From a virus (Duplodnaviria > Caudoviricetes), in IMG/VR virus record IMGVR_UViG_3300024255_000034, positions 1-53,180 of that record: 53,180 nucleotides of DNA. The stretch is one strand, 5' to 3'. This document shows positions 47,706-53,180 of this stretch, piece by piece. Both the position numbers and the translations under genes were made by a program. The notes beneath the pieces were generated by a model. It was not told the DNA's origin. It did not search any database and saw only the letters and a program-made list of their open reading frames with translations. The stretch's first letter is position 1, and each line of letters starts with the position of its first letter.

Positions 47706-48570
47706 TAAAGAAACACTTAAGGACTTTAAACCAGTTCTTGCTAGTTCTATATCACCTGATTGGTGGAAGAAAGCAAAAGTTGGTGAAATAGTTAGAGGAG
47801 TAGTTCAACAAACTATTCGTTCATGTCCTGCAATGGACGATTGGTTAAAAAGTGGTTGGTATCTACTTGCAAATAGAGATATTGAAGTTATAAATGGTAT
47901 AAGTAAACATGATTCGGGAAGTCCTACTACTGCAACTGCAGACCCACGCAATACTGCATACAATTCTAGTAGTCACCCAATAACACAAACACTAGACGCA
48001 TTTGAATACTTAGGTAGTGGTAAACCAGTTAAAGATGCATTTAAAATGAGAAACCCTTGGAATATCAAAACACCACCTGGCTATTCTTGTTTTTACCTAG
48101 ACCCATTCTTATTTCAGAATGACTACTTTGCAACTTGGCAAGGAATAATAGATACAGATGATTTTAATGTTGGAATGGATAATGCACAAATCATATTTTA
48201 TCCTAAAGTTGACCATTCTTTTGTAATACCAAAAGGAACTCCTCTTTGTCAAATCATACCATATAAAAGAGATACTTGGAATGCCTCATACGTTGTTAAT
48301 ACACATGAATCTTGGATAAAGAATCGTGCAACAATAACTTCAGAATTTGAAGATGAACCTACAAACAAATCTATGCAAGAGTGGTCTCAAATAACTAATT
48401 TTGAAGATGAGACTATAACTGGATTTGGTGGTTATAGGAGAGGTAAGTTTTGGAAACCAAAAGGTAAATTCTATAGTGAAGATACCCCACCACCCGAATG
48501 TCCTATGCATAAACAAACAGAAGATATACAGAGTGAAACACAATTGGAGTTTGATTTCAATGGCAGTTAG
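47677..48570 (+). CDS. Conserved hypothetical protein of aquatic-phage oxygenase clusters
   Basis: SCPAMDD, PWNIKTPPGYS, GIIDTD and IPKGTPLCQIIP motifs. Confidence 0.65.
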   Translation: MPTIEFHTYNKETLKDFKPVLASSISPDWWKKAKVGEIVRGVVQQTIRSCPAMDDWLKSGWYLLANRDIEVINGISKHDSGSPTTATADPRNTAYNSSSHPITQTLDAFEYLGSGKPVKDAFKMRNPWNIKTPPGYSCFYLDPFLFQNDYFATWQGIIDTDDFNVGMDNAQIIFYPKVDHSFVIPKGTPLCQIIPYKRDTWNASYVVNTHESWIKNRATITSEFEDEPTNKSMQEWSQITNFEDETITGFGGYRRGKFWKPKGKFYSEDTPPPECPMHKQTEDIQSETQLEFDFNGS

Positions 48571-49264
48571 ATTATTATTCCCAACTTTTGTATTTGAGAA
48601 AGATTTATTAGACCCTAGTTTAGACTCGAACAGAGGTATAGACCAAAATTATTTAGACCTTCTTGTAGATACTATGGATGGTATGAGAAGGAAAGACCCT
48701 CAAGGTAGAAGACTATCAAACGCATATACTGGTTGGCAATCACATGATGGTTGTGAGTCTAATCCTGCATTTCAAAAAATCATGAATAGAATACAAACTA
48801 TGTTTTATGATGAGATATGGCCTTTTCATGGATTAGACCGTAATAAAGCACAAATGCAAATAGGTAATTCTTGGGCAAACATAAATGATAAACTTGCATG
48901 GAACAAACCACACTTACATAATGGTTGTTGGTATAGTGGTGTGTTTTACATAAAAGCAGATGGTGATGAAGGTCATATTGAAATGATTGATACAAATCCT
49001 AAAGTTGTTTCAGATTTTCCTAACTCCCCAAGAACTCCTACTAGTAAGGGATATGAACCTAGAAGTGGTAAGTTAATCCTTTTTCCAAGTGGTCTCATGC
49101 ACATGGTAGAACCAAATCCAACTGATAAAGAAAGATACTCAATATCATTTAATATAGAAATGAAATATACTTCTTCTGAAGGACATAGTGGTAATATAGA
49201 TAACTATAATCCTGATGAATTTGTTTATAATATATCTCCAAATGGACAACTTATAACCGACTAA
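48560..49264 (+). CDS. Putative 2OG-Fe(II) oxygenase (TIGR02466-like; start revised to 48560)
   Basis: LFPT start, SWANIN, HLH, SGVFY, LILFPSGLMHMV and RYSISFN motifs. Confidence 0.85.
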   Translation: MAVRLLFPTFVFEKDLLDPSLDSNRGIDQNYLDLLVDTMDGMRRKDPQGRRLSNAYTGWQSHDGCESNPAFQKIMNRIQTMFYDEIWPFHGLDRNKAQMQIGNSWANINDKLAWNKPHLHNGCWYSGVFYIKADGDEGHIEMIDTNPKVVSDFPNSPRTPTSKGYEPRSGKLILFPSGLMHMVEPNPTDKERYSISFNIEMKYTSSEGHSGNIDNYNPDEFVYNISPNGQLITD

Positions 49265-49281
49265 CTATTCTAAATACTAGT

Positions 49282-49542
49282 ATGGAAATAGTAATCGACA
49301 CTCACCTCTTATGGAACCTTATGATAACATTCGTGTTAGCACCACTAGGTTTTCTCATAAGAAATCTTTTGTCCGAACAGAAAAGAATAGATATACTTGT
49401 TAACAAGACAAGAGAAGAATTAGCAAAAGAATATGTTACCCGTGAAGAAGTAGAAATTGTGTCTGAAAGACTAATCGCTACTATGAACAGGATAGACGAA
49501 AAGATAGACCGTCTACAATCTAAGACTTACTTCCAAGAATAG
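49282..49542 (+). CDS. Small membrane-anchored coiled-coil protein
   Basis: N-terminal TM helix; TREELAKEYVT; TCTAAATA 5 nt upstream. Confidence 0.7.
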   Translation: MEIVIDTHLLWNLMITFVLAPLGFLIRNLLSEQKRIDILVNKTREELAKEYVTREEVEIVSERLIATMNRIDEKIDRLQSKTYFQE

Positions 49543-49554
49543 GTTCTAAATTCA

Positions 49555-49562
49555 TATAAATA
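49555..49562 (+). promoter_or_regulatory. Late promoter before gp13
   Basis: TATAAATA. Confidence 0.8.
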
Positions 49563-49593
49563 GTAGTAGACGCAAATTTACTACAGGATTACT

Positions 49594-50409
49594 ATGGCAG
49601 AACCAACATCAAAAAGTACCTTAAAAGACTATATAAAAAGGAAACTTGGAGCCCCAGTATTGGAGATTAATGTTGATGACGACCAATTAGATGATAGAAT
49701 TGATGAAGCACTACAATACTTTCATGAATATCATTACAATGGTTCTATCAAAACTTATCTAAAACACGAAATAACACAAGAAGAAATCAACTCATTTAAA
49801 ACAAATGATACACTTACTGGTTCTACTAGTGGAACACAAGCAATCGCAGGTCAGTCCTATGGTGAGAGTAAAAGTTATGTGACACTACCCGAACATGTGT
49901 TAAGTGTATTACGAATATTCCCATTTAATTCAGGACAAACATCTAGTATGTTTGATATACAATATCAGTTAAGACTAAATGACCTTTGGGATTTAACTTC
50001 CACAAGTGTTTTATACTATTCACAAGTACAACAACATCTTAAGTTAATAAATGATATGTTAGTAGGACAAATACCTATAAGATATAATGCACACCAAAAC
50101 AGATTGTATATTGATTATACTACTGCAAAACTAAATGCTGGAGAGTACATTATTATAGAATGTTATAGAAAGATAGACCCTGCAGACTTTACAGACATAT
50201 ACAATGATATGTTTCTTAAAAAGTATGCAACTGCATTAGTTAAGTATCAGTGGGGTGAAAACCTATCTAAGTTCCAAGGTATTGCATTGCCAGGTGGTGT
50301 GACACTTGATGCACAACAAATTAAAACAGAAGCACAAGAAGAGATTACAAGATTAGAAGAAGAGTCAAGACTGAATTTTGAAATGCCAGTCATGGACTTA
50401 ATGGGATAA
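49594..50409 (+). CDS. gp13: Neck protein
   Basis: LGAPVLEINVDDDQ and QWGENLSKFQGIALPGGVTL motifs. Confidence 0.95.
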   Translation: MAEPTSKSTLKDYIKRKLGAPVLEINVDDDQLDDRIDEALQYFHEYHYNGSIKTYLKHEITQEEINSFKTNDTLTGSTSGTQAIAGQSYGESKSYVTLPEHVLSVLRIFPFNSGQTSSMFDIQYQLRLNDLWDLTSTSVLYYSQVQQHLKLINDMLVGQIPIRYNAHQNRLYIDYTTAKLNAGEYIIIECYRKIDPADFTDIYNDMFLKKYATALVKYQWGENLSKFQGIALPGGVTLDAQQIKTEAQEEITRLEEESRLNFEMPVMDLMG

Positions 50410-50412
50410 ATT

Positions 50413-51267
50413 ATGCCAACAAATGTATTTTTTAACCATGCAGTATCAACTGAACAACACCTTTATGAGGATTTAGTTGTTGAGTCGTTAAGAATGTATG
50501 GACACGAAACATTCTATCTACCAAGAGAAATTGTAGAGGAAGATTCAATTCTTGGAGAAGATGTGCAATCAACATTCGGTGATGCATATTCTGTAGAGAT
50601 GTATATAGAAAATACTGATGGCTTTGAAGGAGAGGGAGACCTCTTTAGTAAGTTTGGTGTATCTGTTAGGGATACTGCAACCTTTGTCATATCTTTAAGA
50701 ACATGGGAAAGATTCATATCATTAGACTCTAACCTTGCAACTTCAATGAGACCTAACGAAGGTGATTTAATACACTTCCCTCTTAGTGGTTCAATGTTTG
50801 AAATTAAATTCGTAGAACATGAGAATCCATTCTATCAAGTAGGTAAATTATTTGTATTTAAATTGCAATGTGAATTGTTTGAATATAGTGGAGAGGATTT
50901 TGATACTGGAACAAACGCAGACTTAGTAGAACTAGACCAAGCATATCAAGTTAAATTAACCATGTTTAATACTGGTAGTGGTAATTATACTGTTAATGAG
51001 AATGTCACTAAAGGTGGAGTTGTTGTTGGAGAAGTAGTTTCATGGTCTCCACAAAATCATTTATTATCCGTAAAAGATAATACAATAACACTTGCAGATA
51101 ATGATGTTTTAATTGGTGCAAGTTCAGCTGCAGAATACACTATTCAATCTATAGAAGATGTTCTAACATTCGGTAATGATGGAAATGCACAAAACAAAGA
51201 TTTTGAAGATACTGCAGACAACTACCTAGACTTCTCAGAAACAAACCCTTTCGGTGAGGTCACATAA
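50413..51267 (+). CDS. gp14: Neck protein
   Basis: YLPRE, SKFG, RPNEGDLI, FVEHENPFYQ and DFSETNPFG motifs. Confidence 0.95.
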   Translation: MPTNVFFNHAVSTEQHLYEDLVVESLRMYGHETFYLPREIVEEDSILGEDVQSTFGDAYSVEMYIENTDGFEGEGDLFSKFGVSVRDTATFVISLRTWERFISLDSNLATSMRPNEGDLIHFPLSGSMFEIKFVEHENPFYQVGKLFVFKLQCELFEYSGEDFDTGTNADLVELDQAYQVKLTMFNTGSGNYTVNENVTKGGVVVGEVVSWSPQNHLLSVKDNTITLADNDVLIGASSAAEYTIQSIEDVLTFGNDGNAQNKDFEDTADNYLDFSETNPFGEVT

Positions 51268-52319
51268 TGTTTGGTACATTTTTTTATAATGAGACAACAA
51301 AACGTGCAGTGTCTATATTTGGAACACTATTTAACAATATAACAATTAAAAAAATAAAAGGTGATGGTACTGTTTTAACAGAACAGAAAGTTCCTATATC
51401 ATACGGCCCTAAACAGAAATTCTTACAAAGACTTGCTGAAGAACCAAATCTAAATGATAACAATAGAACTGCAATCAGTTTACCTCGTATAGCATTTGAA
51501 GTTAGTGGTTATGAATATGATGCATCTAGACAGCAAAACAAACTTATAAGACATCAGAAGACTACCTTAGACACCGCTGACACGTCTAAAAGGTCTTACC
51601 AATACCAACCTGCACCCTACAACCTATCGTTCAATCTAAGTGTTTTGGCAAAGAATATGTCAGACGCATTACAGATATTAGAACAAATTTTACCATACTT
51701 TCAACCTGAATATACAGTCACAATGAAAATGATTGATTCAATGACTGATTATAGAGATGTTCCAATTATTCTAAATTCAGTATCTATGGAAGATACTTAT
51801 GAGGGTGATTTTACAGAAAGAAGAGTTATAGAGTATTCACTTTCCTTTACAATGAAACTAAACTATTTCGGGCCTGTTTACAATGGTAAAGTTATTAAAA
51901 ATGTTATTGAAAGAGATTACATTAATACTACAAGTGGTTTATTTACAACAAGTCAGATAGATAATTCAGGTCTAATAAAAGAAGTTAAACACTATGAACC
52001 TGCATTCGCAGAAACAACATCTACTGCAGTATCCAGTTCTACAACAATACCTTTTGCAACTGCAATAAATAATAGTATAAGTGTGGGTGATGAAGTATTT
52101 GGAACAAACTTAACAACCAATCCAACTATTTCAAGTATTGCAGAAAACAAACTATCGATAGTGGTTTCAGCTGCAGTGACATTAAACGCAACAACTAACC
52201 TAAAATTTGTAGGTTCAGTAGACCCAGGCGATACGTTCGTTGTTGCAGAAACAGTGACTTTTTATGATGATGGCACTCCTTCAACATTTACAGAAGATAA
52301 AGTGACCGATGCAAGTTAA
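51267..52319 (+). CDS. gp15: Tail sheath stabiliser / terminator
   Basis: FGTLFNNI, VPISYGPKQKF, LPRIAFE and QILEQILPYFQP motifs. Confidence 0.95.
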   Translation: MFGTFFYNETTKRAVSIFGTLFNNITIKKIKGDGTVLTEQKVPISYGPKQKFLQRLAEEPNLNDNNRTAISLPRIAFEVSGYEYDASRQQNKLIRHQKTTLDTADTSKRSYQYQPAPYNLSFNLSVLAKNMSDALQILEQILPYFQPEYTVTMKMIDSMTDYRDVPIILNSVSMEDTYEGDFTERRVIEYSLSFTMKLNYFGPVYNGKVIKNVIERDYINTTSGLFTTSQIDNSGLIKEVKHYEPAFAETTSTAVSSSTTIPFATAINNSISVGDEVFGTNLTTNPTISSIAENKLSIVVSAAVTLNATTNLKFVGSVDPGDTFVVAETVTFYDDGTPSTFTEDKVTDAS

Positions 52320-52321
52320 TT

Positions 52322-52732
52322 ATGGCAAAAGATATAGACTCGAAATTAAATGATGTACTTGATATTTCTTCAGAAATAAAGAAAGAAACAACTCAAGTAA
52401 TCAAAAAACCACCCCAGTCAGACAATATTCAGACGGACTATAAGTACACTAGAGAAAATCTCTATGGTCTTGTAGAACGAGGACAAGATGCAATAGATGG
52501 CATTTTAGATGTTTGTAAAGAAACCGAAAATCCTCGTGCATACGAAGTTGCAGGTCAGTTAATTAAAACTGTAGGTGAAACTGCAGAGAAGTTACTAGAC
52601 GTTCAAACCAAATTGAAGAAGTTGGAAGATGAAAACGGAAGTGTTAAAACACAACATAATCATTTATATGTTGGTTCTACTTCAGAACTTCAAAAGTTCC
52701 TAAAGAAAGAAAGTAAAAAAGATGACGGTTAA
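52322..52732 (+). CDS. gp16: Terminase small subunit
   Basis: DYKYTRENLY, PRAYEVAGQLIK and VGSTSELQKFLK motifs. Confidence 0.95.
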   Translation: MAKDIDSKLNDVLDISSEIKKETTQVIKKPPQSDNIQTDYKYTRENLYGLVERGQDAIDGILDVCKETENPRAYEVAGQLIKTVGETAEKLLDVQTKLKKLEDENGSVKTQHNHLYVGSTSELQKFLKKESKKDDG

Positions 52733-53180
52733 TAAGAATGAAGGTTATCTTGGAAATAATCTTATCAAAAGAGCGGGTATTGAAACTCAATACGCAAAAG
52801 AAGAATTAGATGAATATCTAAAATGTTCTAAAGACCCTTGTCATTTCATTGAAACCTATACACAAATTATTTCACTTGACGAAGGTATGGTACCTTTTAA
52901 ACTTCGTGGGTATCAAGATAAGTTAATTAATCACTACAACGAATCTCGTTTTAGTGTGGTTCTCGCATCACGTCAGAGTGGTAAATCAATCACTTCTTGT
53001 GCATATCTATTATGGTTTCTATTATTTCACCCCGAAGTGACTGTTGCAATCCTTGCTAACAAAGGTGCAATTTCAAGAGAGATGATTGCACGTCTTGTCA
53101 CTATGTTAGAGAGTGTACCATTCTTTTTACAGCCAGGTGTTAAGATTCTTAACAAAGGGTCTATTGAATTTGCAAATGAT
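52722..53180 (+). CDS. gp17: Terminase large subunit (partial, runs off the window)
   Basis: MTVNKNEGYLGNNLIK...; Walker A SRQSGKS; AILANK; NKGSIEF. Confidence 0.95.
   Translation, partial: MTVNKNEGYLGNNLIKRAGIETQYAKEELDEYLKCSKDPCHFIETYTQIISLDEGMVPFKLRGYQDKLINHYNESRFSVVLASRQSGKSITSCAYLLWFLLFHPEVTVAILANKGAISREMIARLVTMLESVPFFLQPGVKILNKGSIEFAND

Noticed and set aside
48425-48559. Extended N-terminus of the second oxygenase
   Set aside because: It overlaps the upstream gene; the typical LFPT start follows the ATG at 48560

Overview
Segment of an AT-rich T4-like myovirus genome, probably aquatic or marine. The host may be a proteobacterium, judging from its bS21 and kdsB genes. The window runs from the replication and late-transcription genes (gp33, gp59, gp32) and a ribosomal protein S21 gene, through the tail and baseplate module (tape measure, gp26/51, gp54, gp2, gp4, gp48, gp53, gp27-like, gp5, gp25, gp6-8, VrlC-like), a 13 kb fibre region and a modification-enzyme cluster, to gp13-gp17. 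The most striking signal is two gene pairs (33247/34499 and 42180/43912) encoding Pro/Tyr/Gln-rich repeat proteins whose repeat units are mirror images of each other. In the second pair all 35 unit lengths match in reverse order and unit types pair by consistent rules, which suggests an antiparallel two-chain 'complementary' protein zipper fibre with a shared tip domain. Other highlights are a likely -1 frameshift fusing gp26 to the gp51-like ORF, a multi-hairpin RNA upstream of rpsU, leaderless late genes, and a late-expressed CMP-sugar cassette. All calls come from reading motifs by eye; no searches were run.
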